Of a DNA stretch of 64,000 nt, positions 12,701 through 23,725 are shown piece after piece. The position numbers were made by a program, and so were the translations under genes. The DNA is from Octopus bimaculoides. Taxonomy: Eukaryota. The notes beneath the pieces are model-generated. The model was given only the letters and a program-made list of their open reading frames with translations, was not told the DNA's origin and did no database searches. The DNA lies in contig NC_068992.1 of assembly GCF_001194135.2 (NCBI RefSeq), positions 54,636,295 to 54,700,294 of the forward strand, in the 5' to 3' direction. How positions within the stretch are numbered: position 1 is the first letter of the stretch; each line of letters begins with the position of its first letter.

Positions 12701-14023
12701 ACTTGCTAGCATCCGGTATGCAGAGTTTTTAACTGGTAGCACTTGCATCTGAACGTACCGGCCGCCTCGGACACTCGGCGAAGAGCACCCTCGGAGGAAC
12801 CGTGCGGGCCGAAACGACCGGGAGGTGGACGCGCTACTGCAACGCGTGCGAACGGCGACGCCCCGGGCGACGCTCGCCCCCGTTTGTTTTTAAATATAGA
12901 TTTTGTAGAATCTTTATAACGACTCTCACTGTTGTTACTATCTAGCACCAGATCAGCTCTAAGGTAGAAAATGTGCTTAATGGCTGGATGAACTCCATAT
13001 AACCATAGTCCTGAATATGCAGCCAGATCTCCGCCCAGTTGGTGATCATACTGTTCTGATACGCAATGATTACTTTATATGGTACGGTGTTACTGTGTTG
13101 ATGTAGAGAACACTTTATTATTCAGTCAAATTCTAAGTGTTGTGTAGCGTCTCTAGTGTTCAGTTAGTTTCTGTGTCTGTAGATACTGGTGGTGTCTATA
13201 GTGGAGAAAGGTATGGTGGACCCAGAACAAACAGTGACAGAAGCTGCTCCTCTGTGCTTATAATTGTTGCTGCGCTTCCTAACACAGTGCTTAAGAATAA
13301 GGAGGTCATTTTTTAATGTGTTTTGTTTTCTTTTCTTTTCTTTGTTGAATGGAAGAGACAATGTTCTTAGGGTGATATTGTAATAGCGTTCTGAAGTGTT
13401 GTAAACTGTTTCTTTGGGGGACGGATGGAGAATGGAGAACTGTGCATGCAGGAGCAGAAACAAAAACTGTGAAAATCGGACGCTTTTATGCAATTGTCCA
13501 GCCGGCTAGAAACGACAGCTAAATCTCCCTCAAATTCATCCAACCATCTTTATAATGGCTGAATATTTAGATATAATCTACCAGAAAAAGAAGACAGGTC
13601 ACAGATCGGATGCCGGTCTGACGATAAAGATTCGTTACCGAATACTCAATATCAAGAAAGACCTATTCATCAATATTATTTATGGATAATTATAAAGGCG
13701 GCGATAGTAGAAGACACTTGCCCAATGTGCCATGCAGTGAGACTGAACTCAAAACCATGTAGTTGGGAAGCAAGCTTACTAACTGCATAACTGTGCCGGC
13801 TTTCATATTTAAGAAGTAGCTCATCACTCTTTAACTCTATAATTATTTAACTCTATGATATAGATTTAGCTTGCTCTTCGACAGAGCGCCGAAATAAGTA
13901 TAAGTTCCGGGTCTTTATATTTGGAGTTCAAATCCTGCCGAAAACACCTGTAGTTTTCATCCCTCCGAGGATCAGCTAACCTACAAAATTACTGGCCTTG
14001 TGCCTAAATCTGAAACCATAATA

Positions 14024-14157
14024 TCAATCGCGTGATAATGCTATAAATAGCGTGATCAGGATAAATTATCCATGCCGGCTGGCCGGCAACGTATTATTCT
14101 GCCTTATATGGATAATTTATCCTGATCTCGCTATTTATAGCATTATCACGCGTTTGA
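14024..14157. other. Near-perfect hairpin: 45-bp core arms (14029-14073 and 14108-14152, 1 mismatch), 34-nt loop
   Basis: Arms compared base by base; they extend to 50 bp with 2 mismatches. Confidence 0.9.
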
Positions 14158-14243
14158 GAAATAAATTTATTTCTGTATCTTACAATACATCTCAATGCTT
14201 CTAAAAAAGAACAAACTTTGTTTGTTTACTTTCATCATAATAT

Positions 14244-15342
14244 TGTTACGAACGCCCGCACGCGAAGCACCTCAACGAAGAGAAAACTCTCGCGCGCGCG
14301 AACGTCGACGCTCAGTGAGTCGGGATGTTCGCCACGATTAATAAGCCCAGCCGGAGCACGTAACGACGACAACAGGCAAGAGGAGGAAGAAATAACACGG
14401 GACCATACGTTGCGTAGTGAAACTAACTTTTTTTCTTTCTTAGCAAAACAATACATCATCAATACAAAATAACATTGCATTCAATAACATCTAACAATAG
14501 CGTTTCCAAGCATTTAACATAATCAAAGTTTACAACCAAGAGTTCGTAAATCAAGTCAATTAAAAGTTCTTTTACTTCTTTGTTTTTCTTTTCTTTGAAC
14601 AACATGTCACAACAAAGTTCTTTTCTTTTCTTTTCTTTCCCATCAGTTAACATCACAGCTGACAAAATCTCTTTTTCTTTTAAAACATGTAACAACAAAG
14701 TTCTCTCTTTAAAGACTATTTAAACAAACCTTCACGGCAAGAATTTCCTTTCCTTCAAATATCCCACTACAATCACAAGAACTTACCAAAGTAGTCTACT
14801 ACAATCTTTTGCCTGCCACAACAGTTCCATCTCTCTCTGTCCCTCTCTCTGATTGCTTCAGTCCCTATCTGCTGACTGGTACCTTCTGACTATAGGCTCT
14901 CTCTCTCTCAGTCTCTTTCTGTTAGACTTATCACCGACAGCTCTGTCTATCTTCAATGCTCTACTGGCCTTCACATCAACTGCTGTGCATCTTCACTGGC
15001 TGACCGCTGTACGCCAACTGCTCGATACCAATTGCACTGGCCAACCGCTCTCGCCAACTCCTGTCTCCAAATCTCTGCTGTCGTATTTATGAGAGATACC
15101 GTACCCAATAGTGCTACGATACCCCCTCCAAAGCTGGGTCAGTTTAGTACAGTTCCTAACTTGTTTTTCTGAACTTTTGGTGACCGGAAAGGGTCAGCGA
15201 TCACTCCTACGCTAAAAAAAAATGTGCTTGTTCACAGGACAAAGGAAATACCATTATCCTCAACAACCAGAATACGGTTTCAAACCCAGCTCGGGGAATA
15301 AGGACCTAACGTTATTTTGTTTGTTTAACGGCGTCCGTATCA
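14244..15342 (-). mobile_element. Solo LTR (Ty3/gypsy-like)
   Basis: TG...CA ends; 13-bp inverted termini tgttacgaacgcc / tgatacggacgcc (11/13); 4-bp target duplication ATAT (14240-14243, 15343-15346). Orientation inferred from a TATA-like motif on the minus strand. Confidence 0.75.
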
Positions 15343-16478
15343 ATATCAATGTTTCTTCTGTCATGTTTTTGTTCTTTTTTTAAAGTGTTTTTTTAAGAAG
15401 GGATGTAATTATTGCTTGTAGATAAAAGAGTAACTTCCCTTGCATAGTTAGCGTTCAGAGAGAGAGAGAGAGAGATTCAAACAATATTTATCTTTTGAGT
15501 GAGCCTGAAATAACCACTATAAAGATGTTTTAACTGTAACCATCATGACTTCATACATTTCAAAGAATCCGTTATCCAATATGTCCTTCAATGATTAATA
15601 AAATAATTGTAGTATTCCGACAGACAGCGATTTGTCTGATTTGTCTGCAGGTTGAACGATCACATAGACATTCTTTTCTTACTGTTATTAAGTTTAAATG
15701 TTCTTTTTAAGTATCTCGATTATATTTTGGATTCATATCGTGAAAACAAATGGCTAGAGGCCACAGGAGTTCGCCATACTTGCCGATCCAGTGATGAAAG
15801 AACCATTCCAATTTTGAACACGAATAGACCTATAAGATAGTTACCTCCCTTAGCATTTACTTGAAGAGTTACCTCCCTTGTTGTCTATTTTAGTTGTTGC
15901 GTATTAGAAAATGAGAAATTAAACAATTAATTCGCACGATTTGTCACTCTGTAACAAATAGCAGCCAAATTTTCCACAAATCATTGGCCACGGTATTTTA
16001 AAAGGAATGACACATTGAATTATATGGTGAAAAGAGGACAAGATGATCACGGTTCGAAACCAAGTTGAACACTGATCGGCTTGATTTTGGGGGGCTAAAA
16101 AACTACTTATAACAAAAATGATGAGAATGTCATGAAGTTGAAGTAAAACTAAACGTAGGTGTGGCTGTTTAGTTAGGAAGCTCGCTTTGAAACCACGCGA
16201 TTTCTGGTTCTATTTCACTGCGGGTTACCCTGGGCAAGTGTATTCTAATGTCACATTTGTTTTAGAAGTATTTCTTTGATGTTTGCTATCACGAGGTTAG
16301 GAGAATCAAAGCCATCGGGTCATCATCATCATCATCATCTGGCGTCCGTTGTCCACCGGTATCGGTCACTTTGCCTTCATGGGGCCGAACGCTTGAAAGG
16401 TGCCATGATTTCACTTGGCTTGACGTGTCATCTCAAGTAAAGCATATCGGCAAAGGTCTCTTATAATATACATATATT

Positions 16479-16894
16479 CATTTCTACTCTAGGCACAAGG
16501 TCCGAAATTTGTGGGGAGTGAGGCCAGTCGATTAGATCGACCCCCAGTACGCAACTGGTACTTAATTTATCAACCTTGAAAGGATGAAAGGTAAAGTCGA
16601 CCTCGGCGGAATTTGAACTCAGAACATAAAGACAGACGGAATACCGCTAAGCATTTCGTCCGGCGCGCTAACGTTTCTTATATCTTTATTGCCCACAAGG
16701 GGCTAAACAAGGACAGAGAAAGTGATTAAGTCGATTACATCGACCCCGGTGCGTAACTGGTACTTAATTTATCGACTCTGAATGGATGAAAGGCAAAGTC
16801 GACCTCAGCGGAACTTGAACTCAGAACGTAACAGCAGACGAAATACTGCTAAGCATTTCGCCCGGCATGCTAACGTTTCTGCCAACTCGCCGCC
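16479..16894 (-). mobile_element. Dimeric family A SINE
   Basis: Two head+central modules with different tails; the whole dimer is flanked by a perfect 18-bp duplication ttataatatacatatatt (16461-16478, 16895-16912). Confidence 0.85.
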
Positions 16895-16938
16895 TTATAA
16901 TATACATATATTATATATGCATATATATATATATATGC

Positions 16939-17009
<71 letters not shown>

Positions 17010-17799
17010 AAGTCTGTATGGAAAGAAGTTGTTCTTTCCTAGGGATATATTTTCCAAGCGTACACCAGTTTAGCACTATAACGATTAACGGTACTGGAAA
17101 ATTCTACATGTGTATATGCACTATTGTTTACCATTGGTTCTTCTTCAATATTAGTACCTTACACTTCTGAAATTCCAGTTGTTGCTATAGAGATTTCCAT
17201 CGTTTTCGATATAGGAGAAAATGTTTAACAATACAAAGAAAATGGAGAACACATACACAGAACAATCAATCCATTTACTATCATCAGAATCCAGTCGAAC
17301 CAATGAACTCACTCGGTGCCCACACTGCGAATCGGTCGATCACCCCTATCCGCACATCCAAAGTGCATAATGAAGTTGAAAAAAAAAAAACGGAAAAACC
17401 TCCTCAGGGCAAATTGATATTTTTCAATGGGAGCTTATTGTATTTCTTTTTATTTTTGCCTTTTTGGATTTTGCATCAATAATACATACACTATGGTTGA
17501 TACAATCAATGAAACTACTTTATAAAAAAATAAGATTTGAGGAAGCTTTTGACTGTTATTTCTAGTACGAATGACTTTTTGTTGGTGTCACTAGTTTTCA
17601 TTTTCTTTTTTCTTTTTAATGTTTCGGTTATTGGACTGACCCATGTTAACCTATGCCTTCTTCTAACTTTTATCTTTTTGTTTTAGACATTAGACCGCTA
17701 CCATGCTGGGGCTCTGCCTTGAATAGTCCTTTGGAGAGGAGGGGACAAACTCATGGACGAACTCATGGTGTTTGTCCAGTAGCCAATCCAGGTCAAGTA

Positions 17800-18040
17800 A
17801 TGAATATCCACTTCACAGGTTGCATAGCTCAGAAACTGAGGAGTCTCTCCAGGTCGAACCATTATTTCTCCACATTGAGAGATTTCAGCTTTGATACTAC
17901 AAAACATGTGATTAAAATATTGCAGGAAAGAATCACACATGACAGATTCTTCAAGCCGACCCAACCAACAGAAAACCTGAGAGAAGATCAAAAACGAGAT
18001 GGTTGGATAATATTCATAATGCCAGATGGTCACTCTTAGG
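17800..18040 (+). mobile_element. RTE-clade LINE C-terminal fragment
   Basis: EESLQVEPLFLHIERFQL*..HVI...KTRWLDNI resembles the RTE motif RLRWYGHV...RPKTRW. Confidence 0.6.
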
Positions 18041-18461
18041 AATCCAGCCAGAAAGTCTAATGACAGTTGTTTGTGATAGGACCCTATAGAAGAGGTGACT
18101 CACCACTCTACTTCCATGACCTTCTCAGGAATAATGGGCAGAGAAAATGGCTGGATAAGAGGAGTGGATCGATGGAGGAGTGGATCGATGGAGAAGTGGA
18201 TCGATGGACGGATGGAAAGTAAAGAACTTGGCTGGTTAATTTTCCAATTAAATTTTTTATTATCAAATTACATGTTACACGGTATAATATTTTAGCTACA
18301 AAAGAACAAGAAAATTACTTAAGTTACTTCTTGTGAACGAGAAAATTACTTAAAAGAAAAAAGCAATCAAAATAAAAGATACAAAACATAATTTAAGAGA
18401 TACAAAAAGAAACTATGTAAAAATAAAAAACATTTGAAACAAATAAGGAAAAAAAAATGAT

Positions 18462-18467
18462 TTTATT
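18462..18467 (-). promoter_or_regulatory. Candidate polyadenylation signal (AATAAA) of MICOS10
   Basis: AATAAA on the minus strand about 325 nt downstream of the stop, followed by a T-rich tract. Position only; no transcript evidence. Confidence 0.4.
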
Positions 18468-18789
18468 TGCAAAACTGCATTTTTTAAAGGATTTATATTT
18501 TGTTTTTGTTGTTTTACTTTTGTTTTTGAAATTTTGATTTTGTAACAAGATTACAGTACAAAATGTATCATTGAAGATGACTGAGAAAGAGAAAGAGAGA
18601 AAAAGGAAGAGACTACAAAATAAATAGTCAATTGTAGTGACATCTTGTACTGTTAGGGATTTTCACATCAGTGGAGATGGTCCTCAGCTGTAGCACAGAA
18701 GACACTTCAGTCTAGGTAGCAGCCATTTCACTGTACTCCTGTCAACCGGTCAATGCATACATGCAAATATACCTATATGTATAATCTTG

Positions 18790-18813
18790 CTACGTCGATT
18801 CTTTTCTCTCAAC
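18790..18813 (-). CDS. MICOS10: MIC10 probable last coding exon (VERKEST-stop), followed by an AT-rich 3' UTR
   Basis: Acceptor tctgttttctttctgcttctcatAG, phase 0 matching exon 3. Gives a short charged C-terminus like vertebrate MIC10. A second possible acceptor lies at 18738. Confidence 0.7.
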   Translation of the reverse strand, partial: VERKEST

Positions 18814-18860
18814 CTATGAGAAGCAGAAAGAAAACAGATAAATATAATCATCATGATGTA

Positions 18861-19040
18861 CATATACTTTAACGAGTACAAGGAACCCTTTTTAGTCAAA
18901 ATTTAGGTTAAAAAAATATGGGAGTTTCTTATACACGGATAGTATTATAATCCCTTACAAAACCTTTTTTCCAAATTTTAAGCTCCAAAAATTAGGGGGT
19001 TCCTTATGCACAAGGGTTTCTTATACACGTTAAAATACGG
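18861..19040. mobile_element. Small Tc1/pogo-type MITE, TA-flanked
   Basis: Right end reads ccgtattttaacgtgtataagaaaccc in reverse complement; left end is the decayed catatactttaacgagtacaaggaaccc. TA on both sides. Confidence 0.45.
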
Positions 19041-19044
19041 TAGG

Positions 19045-20138
19045 TGCATGAAGGCACGTGGCTTAGTGGTTAGGATAATCGGCTCACGATTGTAAGGTCA
19101 TGAGTTCAATTCCCAGTGTTGCATTGTGTCCTTGAGCAAGACACTTTATTTCACATCGCTCCAGTTCACTCAGCTGGCAAAAATGACTAGTACCTGTATT
19201 TCAAAGGGCTGGCTTTGTCACATTCTGTGTCATGTTGATTCACCCTGAGAACTACATTAAAGGTACATATGTCTGTGGAGTGCTCAACCACTTGTATGTT
19301 AATTTCATGAGCAGGCTGTTCTGTGGATCAGATCAACTGGAACCCCCGTCGTCATAATCAACAGAGTGCTAGTATATAGGTGCAGGCATGGCTGTGTGAT
19401 AAGAAGCTTGCTCCCAACCACATGGTTCGAGGTTCAGTCCTACTGCATGGCACCTTGGCAAGTGTCTTCTACTATAGCGTCTTCAACTAAAGCCTTGTGA
19501 GCGGATTTGGTAGACAGAAACTGAAAGATGCCCATCGTGTGTGTGTATAAATACGTATAAATATAATAATATAGATTTAATCAAAAGATTAAATGTGGTA
19601 CTTAAAATGTTTGAGGCACCAGAATTTGGTAGGGTAAAAACCAAAAACAAAATCAAGAGATTCGGTGAATAAAATTTGAAGATAAGCAACAAAAATTCAA
19701 TAGGTTATAGCAGTACGTATGTTGCTTATCTTCAAATATATATATATATATAGGTGTAGGTGTGGCTGTGTGTTAAGAAGCTTGGTTCTCAACCACATGG
19801 TGCCAGCCTTTTGAGTGGATTTGGTAGATGGAAAGGTTTAACTTAGATCACTTTAAAATGGGAATTTTGTATTGAAGAACCAAGGGCAACATGAGGCAAG
19901 TTGGTATCAAAAGGGTTAAAATGGTGACGATGATAATGATGATGAATAAACACTGATGATAGAAAAAGAATATTAATATTTAGGCCCAGGCACGGCTGTG
20001 TGGTAAGAAGCTTCCTTTCCAACCACATGGTTCCGGGTTCAGTTCTACAACCCTGGGCAAACGTATTCTACTTCAGCTTTGGGCCAGCCAAAGCCTTGTG
20101 AGTGGATTTGGTAGACAGAAACTGAAAGAAGCCCGTCG

Positions 20139-20176
<38 letters not shown>

Positions 20177-20311
20177 TATATGCACAGGCAAGGCTGTGTG
20201 GTAAGAAGCTTGGTTCAGTCCCACTATATGGCATTTGGGCATGTTCTACTATAGCCTTGGGCCAACCAAAGTCTTTTGAGGGGATTTGGTAGGAAGAAAT
20301 TGAAAGAAGCC

Positions 20312-20347
<36 letters not shown>

Positions 20348-20820
20348 AATCATCATCCTCATTTAGCGTCTGCTTTCCATGCTGGTATGGGTTACACAGT
20401 TTGACTGAAACTGGTAAGCTGGAGACTGTACCAAGTTCCAGTTTGATTTGGCATCGTTTCTACAGCCGGATGCCTTTCCTACCGCCAAAATAAGTAAGTC
20501 TAAATGACCTGTCGTGACCAGGATCCAAACCTGGGTTACCACAGCCACAACATGGGGTTCTACCCACTAGATAATCATGGCCGATAAGTCACATATGTGT
20601 GTAAGTGTGTATGTGTTTGTCCCCCACCACCACCACCTGACAACTAGTGTTGGTGTGTTTATGTCCCCATAACAGTTTGGAAAAGAGACCAATAGAATAA
20701 ATACCAAGCTTTAAGGAAAAAAAAAGTACTAGAATCAATTCATCTGACTAAAAGAAGTTCTTCAAGGTGGTGCCCCAGCATGGCTGCAGTTTAATGACTG
20801 AAACAAGCAAAAGATAAAAG
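19045..20820. mobile_element. Cluster of at least 7 SINEs (B head with G tail, four family C copies, one family F, one D module) in MIC10 intron 3
   Basis: Repeated ggctgtgtggtaagaagct heads, each starting in or next to the preceding (TA)n. Confidence 0.75.
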
Positions 20821-20883
20821 ATTATTATGATAATGACAAAAGAAATCATCATATCCTCTCCTTTAAATGAATACGAAAATTAC

Positions 20884-20993
20884 CTTCACATAACGGCCGG
20901 GAGATTGTAGAGGATGTTTGAATTCGTTTTGGCAGTTAGAATAAGCCATTCCAAGACCAGCACCAATTCCAAAAGCCACAGGCCATGGGCGAC
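20884..20993 (-). CDS. MICOS10: MIC10 coding exon 3 (RPWPVAFGIGAGLGMAYSNCQNEFKHPLQSPGRYVK), 110 nt
   Basis: Strong polypyrimidine acceptor ttttcctctttggtAG and donor AAG|GTAATT. Contains the second GxGxGxG helix and the AYSNCQ motif typical of MIC10. Confidence 0.95.
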
Positions 20994-21699
20994 CTACCAA
21001 AGAGGAAAAAAAAAAGACAAAAATAGTTCAAATAAAGAATGGTTTTTGTTGAAAATACTGCAAGATGAATTCCTGTGTCTTGAATCAACTCCATTGTATT
21101 ACCGGTATGTATCCAACTGATTTTAGAAGAATAACAGTCAGGCAAAGTGGATACAGGTGGAATTTGAACTTAGAAAAGAGAAGTTTGCTTAAGATAAAGA
21201 TGGTTGTGGTGAAGTTGGCACTAATGGTGATGACTGTATTAGGTAGTGTTAGTGTTGGTGGTATTGACGGTGGAGGCGCAATGGCCCAGTGGTTAGGGCA
21301 GCGGACTTGCAGTCATAGGATCATGGTTTCGATTCCCAGACCGGGCGTTGTGAGTGTTTATTGAGCGAAAACACCTAAAAGCTCTACGAGGCTCCGGCAG
21401 GGGATGGTGGCGAACCCTGCTGTACTCTTTCACCACAACTTTCCCTCACTCTTACTTCCTGTTTCTGTTGTGCCTGTATTTCAAAGGGTCAGCCTTGTCA
21501 CACTGGTTTCTGTGGTTGGGTGCCCTTTCCTAATGCCAACCACTTTACAGTGTGTGCTGGGTGCTTTTAAAAATGTGGCACCGGCATGTTCCATAAATAT
21601 TTTATCTTAGCTTGAGTGAATTCAATCTTGTTAAGTGAAACGGGACAAATGGAAACTGGGGGTAACCTGCTGCATGAACTCCTCAGCATCATCATTGTC

Positions 21700-21930
21700 A
21701 TCATCATTGTCGTCGTCATTGTCATCATCATCTCCGTTGTCGTCATTGTCATCATTTAATGTATATTTTCCATGCTGGCAATGAGTTGGATGGTTTGACC
21801 AGAATTGGTAATGCCAGGGTCCACACCAGGCTCTATTGCCTATTCTGGTGTGGTTTCTATGGCTGGACGCCCTTCTTAATGCCAACCACTCCACAGACTG
21901 TACTAGGTGCTTTTTATGCAGCACCAGCAC
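21700..21930 (-). mobile_element. Family F SINE (RTE-like tail ending in (GAT)n)
   Basis: Similar to 46990-47153 and 59757-59932. Confidence 0.65.
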
Positions 21931-22302
21931 AAGATTGCACTTGTAAATTCAAAGATCTACCACCATCTCATACTGTCGCATATACTATAATGGTAGTCTC
22001 TCTCGAGTCTGAGAAAGATAATTCTACAATTTCTTACTGAACAAGCAGCACAGATGATTTGTTTATAGTGATCAAATATTCATGCTGCACATTAGATCAC
22101 TCCATCCCTCCCTTCATCAAATTGACATTACCTGTACAGGTGCAAAGGTGTGCCACACATCAGATGACGAATTGCAGAGCATTGCGAGATGAAAAATTTT
22201 GCTCAAGAACAGAACAGGTTGCCCAATCCAGGAATCAAATCCACAATCTTGTGATCATGGGTACAACACCCTAACCACTAGGCTATGCACCCTCACCCTG
22301 CC

Positions 22303-22922
22303 AAATACAATGCTTATTTATTCACATTGTTTTGAATTAATCATGCATTATCCCATAGCTTTTCTTTTCTACTCTAGGCACAATGCCCAAAATTTTGGCG
22401 GAGGGGGACCAGTCGATTACATCGACCGCAGTATGCAAATGGTACTTAAATTATTGACCCCGAAAAGATGAAAGGTAAAGTCAACCTCTGAAGAATTTGA
22501 ACTCAGAACATAAAGACAGACGAAATACCGCTAAGTATTTTGCCTGGTGTGCTAACGTTTCTTATTTCTTTATTGCCCACAAGGGGCTACACAAAGAGGG
22601 GACAAACAAGGACAGACAAAAGGATTAAGTCGATTATATTGACCCCAGTGCGTAACTGGTAATTATTTAATCGACCCCGAAAGGATGAAAGGCAAAGTTG
22701 ACCTCAGCGGAATTTGAACTCAGAACGTAGCAGCAGACGAGTGCTAACGTTTCTGGCAGCTTGCCGCCTTATATTATTCCATAGCTCTGAGATTTCAATG
22801 ATGTGACTTTATTCTTAGAAAGACATTGTAAGGGTAGGTGTGAGAAGCTAAATTTGGCCAATTTGAATATTAAACTGAGAATATTTGGGCTGAATATGAC
22901 CAGTTTAAATGTTAAAGGATTA
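22303..22922. mobile_element. piggyBac-like MITE (right end aatgttaaaggaTTAA) interrupted by a dimeric SINE
   Basis: Same body as 613-1004; left terminus missing. Confidence 0.6.
22361..22772 (-). mobile_element. Second dimeric family A SINE
   Basis: Same monomer junction as 16479-16894; 14-bp target duplication attat(c/t)ccatagct (22347-22360, 22773-22786). Confidence 0.85.
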
Positions 22923-23677
22923 AAATTACAATAAGGATGCATGCCAATGGAATATTCAGTTACTTGAATGTTAAATTAACAAGTAGGAAGGTTAGTCGAT
23001 TGAACAACTAAATGCTCATCAACAATACCAACCAAGGATCCATTATTTTTAATATTGCTGGAAGAACTTTGGTGGAATGTGAACAAAAATCTAACAAACT
23101 AATTGCTGAAAGACAGTTTGTCCAACAGTCGAACAATTCTGTCAATCAACAGCTCCAAGGAAATGGTAATAATCCTTTCTGCTATAGGTAAGAAGCCTTA
23201 AACTTTAGTGGAGGCTGCCAGTCAATTACATCAACCCCAATGCTCAACTGGTACTTATTTTTATGATCCTGAAAAGACAAAATGCAGAACATGAACTCAA
23301 AATTGTAAAGACAGACAAAATGCTACTCAGCATTTTGTCCAGCATGCTAACAATTCTGCCAGCTAACTGACCTCAAGGAAATGGTAATAATGGGAAATAG
23401 CATGCTGGGAAAAATTCACAGCGATATTTCATCCATCTTTACATTCTGAATTAAAATTCTGCCAAGGTTGACTTTGCCTTGTATCCTTTCAGGGTTGATA
23501 AAACAAGTACCAGAGAAGCACTGAGGTCAATGTAATTGACTAGTGCCTGGGGTCAATAAAATGTTTCTATAATTTGCTCCAGAACACTGGGATTGATCTA
23601 ATGACTTATCCCCTCAAAAAAAAAAAATTTCTGGCTTTGTGCCAAAATTTGAAACCAATAATGGGAAATATACTTAC

Positions 23678-23725
23678 GCTTAAACAATGTCACAGAAAAA
23701 ATAATTCCCAATCCTAGACCAGTTG
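23678..23725 (-). CDS. MICOS10: MIC10 coding exon 2 (A-TGLGLGIIFSVTLFK-R), 48 nt
   Basis: Acceptor tttcattcttttacAG and donor GTAAGT. Phase 1 to phase 1, in frame with exons 1 and 3. Encodes the first GxGxG transmembrane motif of MIC10. Confidence 0.93.

Noticed and set aside
12655-12710. ccGAAAc...ttGATGA with a gcaagtt/aacttgc stem in the Hero 3' UTR, as a permuted hammerhead
   Set aside because: The core lacks CUG and stem II does not close.
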